The notes: generated by a model not told the origin, from the sequence alone. A stretch of DNA of 64,000 nt from Candidatus Woesearchaeota archaeon (GCA_041650315.1 JBAZLJ010000001.1:141237-205236), one strand, 5' to 3'; numbered from the stretch's first letter, positions 28,681 to 37,363 are shown. Program-made: numbers and translations.

Positions 28681-28708
28681 AATAGCCTTATTTATAAGGG
28701 TATCGCTC
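28681..28708. promoter_or_regulatory. Palindromic double TATA box (cctttataaata-gcct-tatttataaggg) followed by GGTATCG; promoter of the rio1 operon (leaderless) and possibly bidirectional
   Basis: TATA centred ~-27 from the rio1 ATG; the same TTTATAAAGGTATCG arrangement recurs at 34751-34769 and 55244-55262. Confidence 0.5.
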
Positions 28709-28769
28709 TATTTCATCTACTATATATTTCATATATAATAATCAGAAAGCTTTATAAATAACCCCTAGT

Positions 28770-28945
28770 TCTGTTCAGCTACAGAAGAATTGCGTGAATG
28801 GGTCCTCTTTTGAGCTGAAACTACTAAATGTTTTGGCGGTGAAAAAAGAGACACTCTTATGCAATCCAGCCCGTCACGAGAGTACTCAAAGGAGCACACG
28901 CTAAAAGCAGGCCATGATAATTGGGAGTTAGTGTTACGGGCAACA
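28770..28945. ncRNA. Candidate structured ncRNA in a GC-enriched island of the 390-bp rio1-dnaG intergenic region (identity unresolved; strand uncertain)
   Basis: Local GC ~45% vs ~35% background. Complementary segments GUUCAGCU(28773-80)/AGCUGAAC(28813-20) and GCCCGU(28868-73)/ACGGGC(28936-41). AAAGCAGGCC loosely resembles the SRP RNA helix-8 AGCAGG motif. The overlapping 61-aa ORF has atypical composition. Confidence 0.3.
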
Positions 28946-29112
28946 TTCATTTCACATTCAACAAATCATATATCACACAAAACAAACGCAGAATAAGTTC
29001 AATTTCACAGATCATCACAAATCAAGAGTCAAAAGGGGTATCGGATAGCAATTAGGTAGTGCATGATTGTGTTAAAATACTTATTCTAGCAATCCATTCG
29101 GAGGCGATTAAA

Positions 29113-30471
29113 ATGGGAAAAATAAGCCCAGTATCAGCAAAATACATAATCAACGCATCAATCAACATTGATGGAGTAGTAGATAGGCCGGACGTAATCG
29201 GCGCAATATTCGGCCAGACTGAAGGCCTATTAGGCTCTGACTTAGAGTTAAGAGAGCTTCAAAGGTCAGGCAGAATCGGCAGGATAGAAGTAAACGTAGA
29301 CACAAAGACCGGAAAATCAGTAGGTAATATTGTAATTCCTTCTTCATTAGATAAAGCGGAGACTGCAATCGTTGGAGCATCTTTAGAGATAATCCAAAGG
29401 ATTGGTCCATGTAATGCTAAAATCTTAGTAGCTAACATAGAAGATGTCAGGATCTCAAAACGTTCATTCGTTGTTGAAAGAGCTAAAGAGCTTTTGAAAA
29501 CTTTGATGGATAATGTGATGCCAGATTCACAGGAATTGGCAGAAGAAGTAGCTCATTCCGTAAGAGTAACCGAAATTGGTGAATACGGAAAAGATAAACT
29601 TCCATGCGGTCCTTCAATCGAAGATTCTGATGAAGTCATAGTTGTAGAAGGTCGTGCGGATGTATTGACATTATTGAAACATGGTTTCAAGAACTGCATC
29701 GCATTGAACGGAAATTCAATTCCAGAGACTATAATCGAGCTTTCGAAGAAGAAAGTCTTGACAGCTTTCGTTGATGGAGACAGAGGCGGAGTATTAATCT
29801 TGAGAGAATTGTTCGCTCAGGTTGATCTAGATTTCGTGACCAGAGCTCCAGACGGAAAAGAAGTTGAAGAATTGGCTAAGAAAGAATTGCATAAAGCGCT
29901 TAGGTCAAGAGTATCTGTAGAACAAGCTAAAGTAGAGGTCGAGAAATTGCTCTCTATCGAAGGCAAAAGAAATTCACAGAACTTGTACACCGGCGTTATG
30001 CAGAGAAGGCCGCAAACAAGTGCAACACCTTCCTCAAGGCCAGTATCTAGTACTTCTTCAAGCCCTAGCTCAAGCATGAGTTCAAGTTCCAGCTCTAGTT
30101 TCCAGAGATCAGCGCCTGTATCAAGGCCAATCTCAGCTAGTGCTCCAATGAGCGTATCTGCGCCTAAAACAGTGATAACTGCTGAAGAAAAGCAGAAATT
30201 CAAGGAAATGCTTGAATCATTGATAGGCACAAGAGGCGGATATATCTTGAACAAGGAATTGACCATACTGGGTAAAGTGCCAGTATCTGAGTTGATGCCA
30301 ACATTGAAGAGCTTGAATACTGCAGTATATGCTGTTGTGTTCGACGGCGCGATTGACAAGGTTCTTGCTAACGTAAGCGAGAAGATTCCAGTGACCCATA
30401 TTGTCGCTATGCATTCGACCGTGAAACCAAGCGAGACTTCAGTGAACGTTTTCACAATCAATGACTTATAG
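29113..30471 (+). CDS. dnaG: Archaeal DnaG primase-like protein (Toprim; exosome-associated) with a Ser-rich low-complexity insertion
   Basis: Start chosen at MGKISPV (SD GGAGG 9 nt upstream; the ORF track starts at 29059). VIGAIFGQTEGLLG N-terminus, Toprim EGRADVLTLLKHGFKNCIALNG. Ser-rich stretch ~nt 30000-30160. Confidence 0.85.
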   Translation: MGKISPVSAKYIINASINIDGVVDRPDVIGAIFGQTEGLLGSDLELRELQRSGRIGRIEVNVDTKTGKSVGNIVIPSSLDKAETAIVGASLEIIQRIGPCNAKILVANIEDVRISKRSFVVERAKELLKTLMDNVMPDSQELAEEVAHSVRVTEIGEYGKDKLPCGPSIEDSDEVIVVEGRADVLTLLKHGFKNCIALNGNSIPETIIELSKKKVLTAFVDGDRGGVLILRELFAQVDLDFVTRAPDGKEVEELAKKELHKALRSRVSVEQAKVEVEKLLSIEGKRNSQNLYTGVMQRRPQTSATPSSRPVSSTSSSPSSSMSSSSSSSFQRSAPVSRPISASAPMSVSAPKTVITAEEKQKFKEMLESLIGTRGGYILNKELTILGKVPVSELMPTLKSLNTAVYAVVFDGAIDKVLANVSEKIPVTHIVAMHSTVKPSETSVNVFTINDL

Positions 30472-30549
30472 AGAGTTCAACTCTCTTTTTTTCTTTTTAT
30501 TATTTTTCATATAGAAATTTATTTATAGTGATATCTCTATCTTAATCCC

Positions 30550-30873
30550 ATGGAAACACGCGGACGTCCGGTCGGTTCTGAGATTCGTTCTAATATCATC
30601 GAAATACTTTTTTTCATGGGGCAAGGATATGCCTATGAGGTGTATAAAACGTATCGCGAGATATTTCCGAAAGTCACTATGCGTTCTGTGTATTACCATC
30701 TGAACAAAGGCGCTGCTTTAGGCGTGTTCAAGGTGAAGGAAGTTAAGACGGAATCCGGCGATTATTCTTGGGGAACTTCTGCAGAGAAAATCTATTATTC
30801 TCTGGGCGAAAATGCCAAGCCTGTCGGCAATCTTCTGGTCAAGGATTATATTGATAAGAAACCGAAGATATAA
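30550..30873 (+). CDS. Winged-helix transcription regulator, PadR-like
   Basis: 107 aa; ...GQGYAYEVYKTYREIF...SVYYHLNKGAALGVF...YYSLGENA pattern. Confidence 0.5.
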   Translation: METRGRPVGSEIRSNIIEILFFMGQGYAYEVYKTYREIFPKVTMRSVYYHLNKGAALGVFKVKEVKTESGDYSWGTSAEKIYYSLGENAKPVGNLLVKDYIDKKPKI

Positions 30874-30905
30874 GTCAGCGGCTGGTTCAGATTGCGCATC
30901 TTAAA

Positions 30906-30957
30906 TATGATGACTGCCATTCCCGGGGACTGGGGACCTTGGCAGTTTTATTTTTTG
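30906..30957 (+). repeat. GC-rich hairpin element copy 1 (ATGATGA-CTGCCA-TTCCCGGGGACTGGGGACCT-TGGCAG + T-run); terminator-like
   Basis: Homologous to 34835-34870 with covarying stem bases (CTGCCA/TGGCAG vs ATAGCCA/TGGCTAT); followed by ttttattttttg. Confidence 0.5.
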
Positions 30958-31071
30958 TTTGATAATCTTCACAATTGTCGCTGACTTTCGAATAAAACAT
31001 AGAAAGGTATATATAAATGAGATTCTTGGTATATATTAGTTTATTTCAATCTAAAAAAGAGGTGCAATATA

Positions 31072-31329
31072 ATGAATGATACAGGATTTGTGAGACAACC
31101 TTTCTCTGCGTCTTTTCTACTGATAGGCGTTGTTGGTTTTTTGGTCAGTCTTTATTATACATGGTTTGGAATGCTTAATCTTACTTATGGTCTGCTTTTC
31201 ATGCTGATGTTTGCGATATTCGCAGTGGCTGCATTGAGGTCATTCGAAGAGAGCAAAAGCAAAAAAGTTGAAATGGTTAAAAAGCCATTAAAGAAAAAAG
31301 CTAAGAAAGTAGTCAAAAGAAGGAAATAG
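31072..31329 (+). CDS. Small membrane protein with Lys-rich C-terminal tail
   Basis: 85 aa; two hydrophobic helices then KKPLKKKAKKVVKRRK. Confidence 0.35.
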   Translation: MNDTGFVRQPFSASFLLIGVVGFLVSLYYTWFGMLNLTYGLLFMLMFAIFAVAALRSFEESKSKKVEMVKKPLKKKAKKVVKRRK

Positions 31330-31369
31330 ATTCTTTCTTTTCTTTATTTTTATATTAATTTTATTTTTC

Positions 31370-32710
31370 TCAGAAATTGATTTTCTCGTCTTTGACGTTA
31401 CGTTTCTCAGGCGTTCCGGATAATGCGCTTGGCGCTTCTCCGCCGTGCCATGTGAATCTCGGACGGATCATGACTTGATACAATCTTTCGTTCTCGTCAT
31501 CTAGAATCACGGCTGAACCTTTTGATCTCGGCAAATTCTCAAACTGTTGGCCGAGATTCTCTCTCATATAGGATTGCGTCAGCATGCCCAATGCATCAAC
31601 ATCAAGTCTTGCGGTTATCCTGTGGCTGATGACGACATCAGATTGTGTCATAACATCAGTATGAATTTTACCGGGCTGTTGACTTGCCAGAACTAATGAA
31701 ATGCCTGGCTGCCTGCCTTCTCTTAGGATAGTGATCAATGCATCTGTCGCAGTAGTCTTGCCTACATTTGGGAGGAATTCATGCGCTTCATCGATTATGA
31801 GCCAGACCAATGGATTCTGTTCTTCAGCTGCAATTTCTCTGAAATAATGCTCAGATTCTTGGATTGCTTTGAATTCTTCATTTTTTCTGGCTGCCATTCT
31901 CTCAATGAATAGCTTTTGAGCAACAAGACCAATTACCAATGATTTAATTTCCCAGCCGTTTGGCGCTGTCGCATAACAACTAACATCTATGATGCTGACT
32001 TTTCCGCCAATGACTAAATCTTTGAATGGAGTTCCTTCAGGGCTGAACAAGCCCCACATGTCCGCATTCTTGAAATGGTTTATTGCTGCTTGTATCACAT
32101 GCGGTTCATTGGATTTATCTTCTTGAAATTTCTGGATGATATCGTGTATAGAATAATTCTCTTTTTCGATTAAAAGGTCATTAAGTATGGTTTCGATGAG
32201 TATTGCGATTGGATCATTACTCGCCAGTTTGAATGTCAGTATCCAATCCTGCGCAGTTAAATCGCTCGGCCTTATCGCGTAGGGGAAATCTGTTGGTATG
32301 CCTTTCTCTTTGTATTCTTTGTAGTATCCGATTGGCGTGAATATCTGTACGTCAAGAGCTTTGCCTTCAAGATTCCACTCTTTGAGCATTGCCTCATCTT
32401 TATGATTAGGATATTTCATGGTCCAGTAAACGCCCATTGTATCTAAAATTACACAGCTGAGATTTTTGGATATATCAGAATCGAGTCCAGTGATGCCTTC
32501 GGCGATGACACCCATTGTATATGATTTACCACCGCCTCTTTTTCCGCAGACGAATACAACGTGCGATCTCGCTACATCTAAGTAAAGATTGTTTGCCAAT
32601 GAAGTAATTTGGCCCATATGCACGAATTGCCTGGCTAGAAAGACTGTTCCTGACTTGCCATATTTTTCTATGTCGGATTTCTTCCTGCCTATGATTATGT
32701 CGTAGACCAT
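31370..32710 (-). CDS. FtsK/HerA-superfamily P-loop ATPase (DUF87/HerA-like)
   Basis: 446 aa; Walker A GKRGGGKSYTMGVI, Walker B LIIDEAHEFLP; no NurA partner nearby. Confidence 0.7.
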   Translation of the reverse strand: MVYDIIIGRKKSDIEKYGKSGTVFLARQFVHMGQITSLANNLYLDVARSHVVFVCGKRGGGKSYTMGVIAEGITGLDSDISKNLSCVILDTMGVYWTMKYPNHKDEAMLKEWNLEGKALDVQIFTPIGYYKEYKEKGIPTDFPYAIRPSDLTAQDWILTFKLASNDPIAILIETILNDLLIEKENYSIHDIIQKFQEDKSNEPHVIQAAINHFKNADMWGLFSPEGTPFKDLVIGGKVSIIDVSCYATAPNGWEIKSLVIGLVAQKLFIERMAARKNEEFKAIQESEHYFREIAAEEQNPLVWLIIDEAHEFLPNVGKTTATDALITILREGRQPGISLVLASQQPGKIHTDVMTQSDVVISHRITARLDVDALGMLTQSYMRENLGQQFENLPRSKGSAVILDDENERLYQVMIRPRFTWHGGEAPSALSGTPEKRNVKDEKINF

Positions 32711-32819
32711 TGCCTTTTTTGATGTTCTCTAATAATATAAATCTTCGGTTTCTTTCATTCTTCTTTGATATCCTATTTTATTGTATATAAATCTTTAAAA
32801 GCGTAAGTTTCATCATTTT

Positions 32820-33860
32820 GTGCAAGGAGGGGATACAATGAATAGTCATCCACCAAATCTCATATTTGAAGAAGAACAAAAACATCCTGTGAACAGGAAA
32901 ATGAAACTTAGATACGGAAGATTAATATTTCTTTTATTATTAGTTGCGGCGGCAGTATTCTTTTCAAACGGGTATACCGGCGCCTCAGTATTCGGTAGTC
33001 TTTTCACTGGCGATGTCGCTGCAGTTGTTGATGATCATAAGATTTTAATTTCTGACGTAGAAGCAAGATTTGCTCAGCTTCCTGAATATTATCAAGCGGT
33101 ATTCACAAAAACAGATTTGCTTGACAAAATGATTGAGGAGTATCTGTTCCATCAAGATCTTGATGCGAAAGGGTATACTGTTTCTGATGAGGAGCTAAAA
33201 ACCGCTTTCGCAGATTTCAAAGTGCAGGCTGCAATGTCTGATGACGAGTTCTTGCAATATCTAGAGACAGAAGGAGTGCAATTGGATCAATTCTTGATTG
33301 CATTGAAGAGCAAATTATTGAGCGACAGATTCCTGGATTCTGAATTGTTCGGAGATATTTCTGCGAGCGAATCAGAGATGTTGGCGAAATACAATGAGAA
33401 TCTTAAATTATTCACTGAACCTGAAAAAGTCAAGGCAAGGCATATTCTATTGAAGACTGATAATCGCAAAGAGGATGAAGCTTTGGCAAAAATAAATGAT
33501 CTTTTTGATGAGTACAAAGCCGGCGCTAAGTTCGAGGATTTGGCCAAGACTTATTCCGAATGCCCTAGCGCAGTTAACGGCGGAGATCTCGGCTATTTTA
33601 CCCGCGATCAAATGGTAAAAGAATTTGCTGATGCGGCGTTTGTCACTGCGGTTGGTCAAGTGTCTCAGCCAATCAAGACCAGTTTCGGCTATCATCTGAT
33701 ATTTGTCGAAGAGAATGTTCCTTCGCAAGTCATCGCTTTCAAGGATGTATCTTCACAAGTTGAAGAGCTTGTTATTTCGGAGAAGCAACAGAAGATATTC
33801 GATACTTATATGGCGCAGTTAAAGAGCAAAGCCAAGATCGATATTTATTATACTGAGTAG
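32820..33860 (+). CDS. Membrane-anchored parvulin-type peptidyl-prolyl isomerase (SurA/PrsA-like)
   Basis: 346 aa; N-terminal TM (LIFLLLLVAAAVFF), SurA-N-like helical region, PpiC domain ARHILLKT...GGDLGYFTRDQMVKEFADAAF...SFGYHLIFV. Confidence 0.75.
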   Translation: MQGGDTMNSHPPNLIFEEEQKHPVNRKMKLRYGRLIFLLLLVAAAVFFSNGYTGASVFGSLFTGDVAAVVDDHKILISDVEARFAQLPEYYQAVFTKTDLLDKMIEEYLFHQDLDAKGYTVSDEELKTAFADFKVQAAMSDDEFLQYLETEGVQLDQFLIALKSKLLSDRFLDSELFGDISASESEMLAKYNENLKLFTEPEKVKARHILLKTDNRKEDEALAKINDLFDEYKAGAKFEDLAKTYSECPSAVNGGDLGYFTRDQMVKEFADAAFVTAVGQVSQPIKTSFGYHLIFVEENVPSQVIAFKDVSSQVEELVISEKQQKIFDTYMAQLKSKAKIDIYYTE

Positions 33861-33913
33861 AGATTCTACTCTTTCTTTTTCTTTGTTAAATTTTTAAGAA
33901 TTAGTTTGGAATC

Positions 33914-34714
33914 CTATTCCATGTCTTTCCATGCGTGATTGAAAAGATGATCTAATGCGCCTGCGAAATATGCGCCGTGGCTCCAGATGCCAACATCGTA
34001 ATTAGGATGCACATCTTTGTCATCAAGAACCATGAATGTGACATGCTTGCCATCAACTGTGCAGAATCTGGCATTCAATCCTTTTGAATTTTTCACTTCA
34101 ACCAATCCTTTAAGGTCAGAAGCCATATCTTTCTCTTGCTTGCTGCTGATTGGCGCTGCTATCCTAATTGTAACGCCTTTGTCTTTCAATTGCTGGAATA
34201 TATGTTTCATTCCTTCAGCTTTTCTCAGGAAGCCTTGCGCAGTTGTGACAATATTAACATTTTTCTCCGCAGATTTTAGAGTTTGTTCAAGATGATCGTA
34301 AAGATTTCTCCTTCCTTTCAATGAACCAGCATAATCTGTTGGTTCGACAAGTTCTATGCCTTGATTATGGAGCGAGCTAAGCTCTTTCATTAAATCAGAG
34401 TCATTCAATGATTCAAGCCTTTTGACTTTTTCATCGGCTTCTTCTTTCATATTTTTCTTGACCCTAGATACTACTTCAGTAGGCGGCACTGCTAGATATT
34501 TTATCGGCTTGCCAAGTTTCATCACTACGAAACCTTTTTTCTCAAGCGTTTCTAGAATGTCGTATGATCTCGATCTCGGAACGTTTGCGATATCAGAAAG
34601 TTCGCCGGCGGTAGATACTCCGCGTGAAAGAAGAGCTGCCCAAACTTTTGCTTCGTACAGGTTAAGAGAAAAATATCGACGAAGTTTGTTCAAAAATTCT
34701 TCTTTTACTATCAC
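33914..34714 (-). CDS. TrmB-family transcriptional regulator
   Basis: 266 aa; N-terminal wHTH YEAKVWAALLSRGVSTAGELSDIANVPRSRSYDILETLEKKGFV; apparent GTG start with GGAGGGG SD. Confidence 0.8.
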   Translation of the reverse strand: MIVKEEFLNKLRRYFSLNLYEAKVWAALLSRGVSTAGELSDIANVPRSRSYDILETLEKKGFVVMKLGKPIKYLAVPPTEVVSRVKKNMKEEADEKVKRLESLNDSDLMKELSSLHNQGIELVEPTDYAGSLKGRRNLYDHLEQTLKSAEKNVNIVTTAQGFLRKAEGMKHIFQQLKDKGVTIRIAAPISSKQEKDMASDLKGLVEVKNSKGLNARFCTVDGKHVTFMVLDDKDVHPNYDVGIWSHGAYFAGALDHLFNHAWKDME

Positions 34715-34797
34715 TTGTCTACCCCTCCGATTTTACTAAGAATTTATAGCAACTATTATTATATAAAGGTATCGAAACAAATTCAACGATTGAGTTT

Positions 34798-34911
34798 TAA
34801 GTCTGCAACGGATAAATTTTCTACTTCTAATTGCGATGATAGCCATTCCCGGGACCGGTACCTTGGCTATTCTCTTATTATGCTATAAAATTTATAATGG
34901 TTGCAGACTTA
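34798..34911. repeat. Composite palindromic element (MITE-like): 12-bp terminal inverted repeat taagtctgcaac/gttgcagactta enclosing the conserved GATGATA-GCCATTCCCGGGACCGGTACCTTGGC hairpin (34835-34870)
   Basis: Left arm 34798-34809, right arm 34900-34911. Shares an exact 20-mer with 27234-27253 and the inner hairpin with 30906-30945. Confidence 0.55.
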
Positions 34912-34918
34912 ATTAGAA

Positions 34919-35980
34919 TCAGTAACTAGTTTTGTAACGCAATATCGCACCTATGCCGCCAAGTCCGTCTAACTTTTTTCCGCCGTCATGGAGCGATGAT
35001 ATGATTGTGATGTCTCCGTTCGTCTGGTCAACAATTTTCATTATCTTGTCGATTTCATTGTATACATTATCCAATCTTGTCTTTTCAATGAAATTGTCTG
35101 TAATCAATAACTGCTCAACTGCGCCGGCATGAGCTTTTTCTTGGACTTCTTTCAAGCCATATGCTGCTTTGCCATCAATTGATATTTCTTTGAGCAGGTT
35201 TTCCACAAGATTTATTTCTTTTGCGGCTCTGTCTTGTCTTAGTACTGTTTGCGTTTCCGGTCTTCTTAGGACTTCATTAATAGCAGTTTCGCTCGCGCTT
35301 GAGCAAGTGACCAATGTTATCTTTTGTTTTATCATGCTGTCTGTGATTAGTTTCAATAAGTCTTCTTTCCAGAATGCGGGGCTTGCCAGCAGGATTTTTT
35401 CAATTTCATATCTTTTGGTGTACTCAGTCATTTGCTTGATTATGTCTTGATAGAAAGTGTTCCTTGATGCTGCGCTTTCCTGCTTTTTCTCAACATCGCC
35501 TTGCAGGCTTGTAAGTAGCGTGTATCCGGATTGGCTTGATAACGCGAAGAAAGCTTCTTCTCGGTCCATCACGCATATGAGTATCTTTGGGAGTTTAGGT
35601 TCAGCAGCTTCCTGCAGTTTTTTTATCTGGTAAGTAAGCCATCTTTCCTTTTCAATTGTGATTACTGAGTTTTCTTCTAATGTGAATGAATGGTAGCTTC
35701 CCCTTGGAACATCATCCGGGCCTTCTGTAATTGGTCCGAGTATTCTTAATTGGTTTGTTTCGTATTCTATCTTTTCAACTTGGATCTTGATGAAAGCTGG
35801 TTTTTTAATTACGTTTGCTTTACGCTCATCGCTTCCGCCTTCAAGTTTTATTTTCCTAAACGTTCTTCCGCTGACAAAATCCTTTTCTGATATCAGTTGG
35901 CTTAGATACCAAAGGTCATCAGGGTTTGTCACCTGTACTGTGGCTGTGCCATGGTTTAGGCTCTTTGAAATGATTTTCAT
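34919..35980 (-). CDS. pelA: Pelota (Dom34) ribosome-rescue factor
   Basis: Start set at MKIISKS...; TNPDDLWYLSQLISEKDFVSGRTFRK N-domain; eRF1-like domains. Confidence 0.85.
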   Translation of the reverse strand: MKIISKSLNHGTATVQVTNPDDLWYLSQLISEKDFVSGRTFRKIKLEGGSDERKANVIKKPAFIKIQVEKIEYETNQLRILGPITEGPDDVPRGSYHSFTLEENSVITIEKERWLTYQIKKLQEAAEPKLPKILICVMDREEAFFALSSQSGYTLLTSLQGDVEKKQESAASRNTFYQDIIKQMTEYTKRYEIEKILLASPAFWKEDLLKLITDSMIKQKITLVTCSSASETAINEVLRRPETQTVLRQDRAAKEINLVENLLKEISIDGKAAYGLKEVQEKAHAGAVEQLLITDNFIEKTRLDNVYNEIDKIMKIVDQTNGDITIISSLHDGGKKLDGLGGIGAILRYKTSY

Positions 35981-36153
35981 GACATATATAAGGAAAGATA
36001 ACATTTATATACCTTTAGTATCAATAGAATATATAATATAAAGATATTATAGAAGGGTTAATTTAGTGGTAAAATCCTTCTAATATACTAGCAAGGTTTC
36101 AAAAATTAATGTTTGCTATTATACTTTATACTATAATAAACAGGTGATATGGC

Positions 36154-37335
36154 ATGTTCAATAGAAAAGCTCAGGAAGGCGGCGGATCTGCTGCTATTTT
36201 AGTCGCATTGATTGCATTGTTCATTCTCGTATATCTTTTATTCGTACCACCAAGCGTAAGGCTTGAGATATTAGAAGGAGATGGTACTGAAACTGATAGT
36301 TCTGATGATGAAGTCACTGTAAATGGAGCTGTACTATTGCGTGAGAATCCTGGTTCAGTTGTTGAAGAAGGAAGCACTTCTTTATCGCATAGCATGCCAT
36401 CATTGAACTTGTATACTAAAAGCGAAGGCAAAGTGCTTGAGAATCTAGGCGGAGTTGCGATTGCTCGTTCTGATTTCAGCTCAACTTTGAAAAGCTATCC
36501 TTTCACTATATCCAATCTAGGTAATGTCAATAATGTGATGTTGACTTTCAATGTAATCACTTCTGAAGGCAATTTGATAGTTAAATTGAATGGCGTTGAA
36601 ATATTGAATAAGCAAGTGACTGGTTCAGTTGAACCTATAGTCATTGCAAAAGGTTTGCTTAAAGAGAATAATCTGCTTGATTTTGATGTGACTTATCCAG
36701 GCTGGAGATTCTGGGCAAAGAATGATTATGAATTATCAGCTGTTGCTTTGCGAGCAGATGTCACTGACACCGAGCATAAGAAAGCTACAACGCAATTCTA
36801 TATCGATTCTGAAGAGAAATCTAGTCTCAGAAGCGCTTTATTATACTTCTTCCCTTATTGCGGAGCTAATGCTGATACTATGACTATGAAGATAAACGGC
36901 AATCAAGTATTCAGAGGAACTCCTCAATGCGGATACAGCAACAGGTTTGAATTATCGCCTGAGCAATTGCAGTCCGGAGAGAATAATGTAGAATTCGATA
37001 TTGCGGGCGGGTCATATACTATTACACAATTGAAAATCAATACTGAATTGAAAGCTAAGAAGAATACCATATATCATTTCGAAATAAGTGATAAGCAATA
37101 TGTGAATATCACTGATAGAGATTATGATGTGTATGTATCTCTTAAGTTCCCTTTGGATTATGAAAGAAGGGAAGGCAAGCTCTATATCAATTCTGATATA
37201 AAATCATATGATACATCTGATTCAATATTCCAGTACAAAATAACAGATTTCGTTAGGGAAGGATTCAACTCGGTCAGGATAGTGCCTGAAGCTTCCTATG
37301 AAATAGACGAAATTAAAGTCTGGCTCAAGAAGTGA
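36154..37335 (+). CDS. Membrane-anchored (N-terminal TM) beta-rich extracellular protein; first gene of a 5-gene surface locus
   Basis: 393 aa; SAAILVALIALFILVYLLFV TM; TATA plus GGTGAT SD upstream. Confidence 0.6.
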   Translation: MFNRKAQEGGGSAAILVALIALFILVYLLFVPPSVRLEILEGDGTETDSSDDEVTVNGAVLLRENPGSVVEEGSTSLSHSMPSLNLYTKSEGKVLENLGGVAIARSDFSSTLKSYPFTISNLGNVNNVMLTFNVITSEGNLIVKLNGVEILNKQVTGSVEPIVIAKGLLKENNLLDFDVTYPGWRFWAKNDYELSAVALRADVTDTEHKKATTQFYIDSEEKSSLRSALLYFFPYCGANADTMTMKINGNQVFRGTPQCGYSNRFELSPEQLQSGENNVEFDIAGGSYTITQLKINTELKAKKNTIYHFEISDKQYVNITDRDYDVYVSLKFPLDYERREGKLYINSDIKSYDTSDSIFQYKITDFVREGFNSVRIVPEASYEIDEIKVWLKK

Positions 37336-37363
37336 GCCTTTTCGCGATAAAAAAAGAGGTCGA

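Noticed and set aside
28770-28945. Assignment of the intergenic GC island to SRP RNA or RNase P RNA
   Set aside because: There are only short, partial matches to helix-8 and CR-III-like motifs, and the order of RNase P-like blocks is wrong on the + strand. Identity is left open pending a covariance-model search.
28765-28950. 61-aa ORF (- strand) in the rio1-dnaG intergenic region
   Set aside because: Amino-acid composition is unlike the local proteome, and there are no start-context signals. The GC-rich, palindrome-rich sequence fits a structured RNA better (reported as a candidate ncRNA instead).
30906-30945. Possible box C/D sRNA suggested by the ATGATGA / GATGATA heptamers preceding the conserved hairpins
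   Set aside because: No D box (CUGA) or C'/D' pair at an appropriate distance, and the two copies are in inconsistent contexts. Treated as part of a repeat-element family rather than a guide RNA.
31370-32710. HerA-NurA DNA end-resection module
   Set aside because: Only the HerA-like ATPase is present. No NurA nuclease, Mre11 or Rad50 gene is adjacent, so the canonical module is not claimed.
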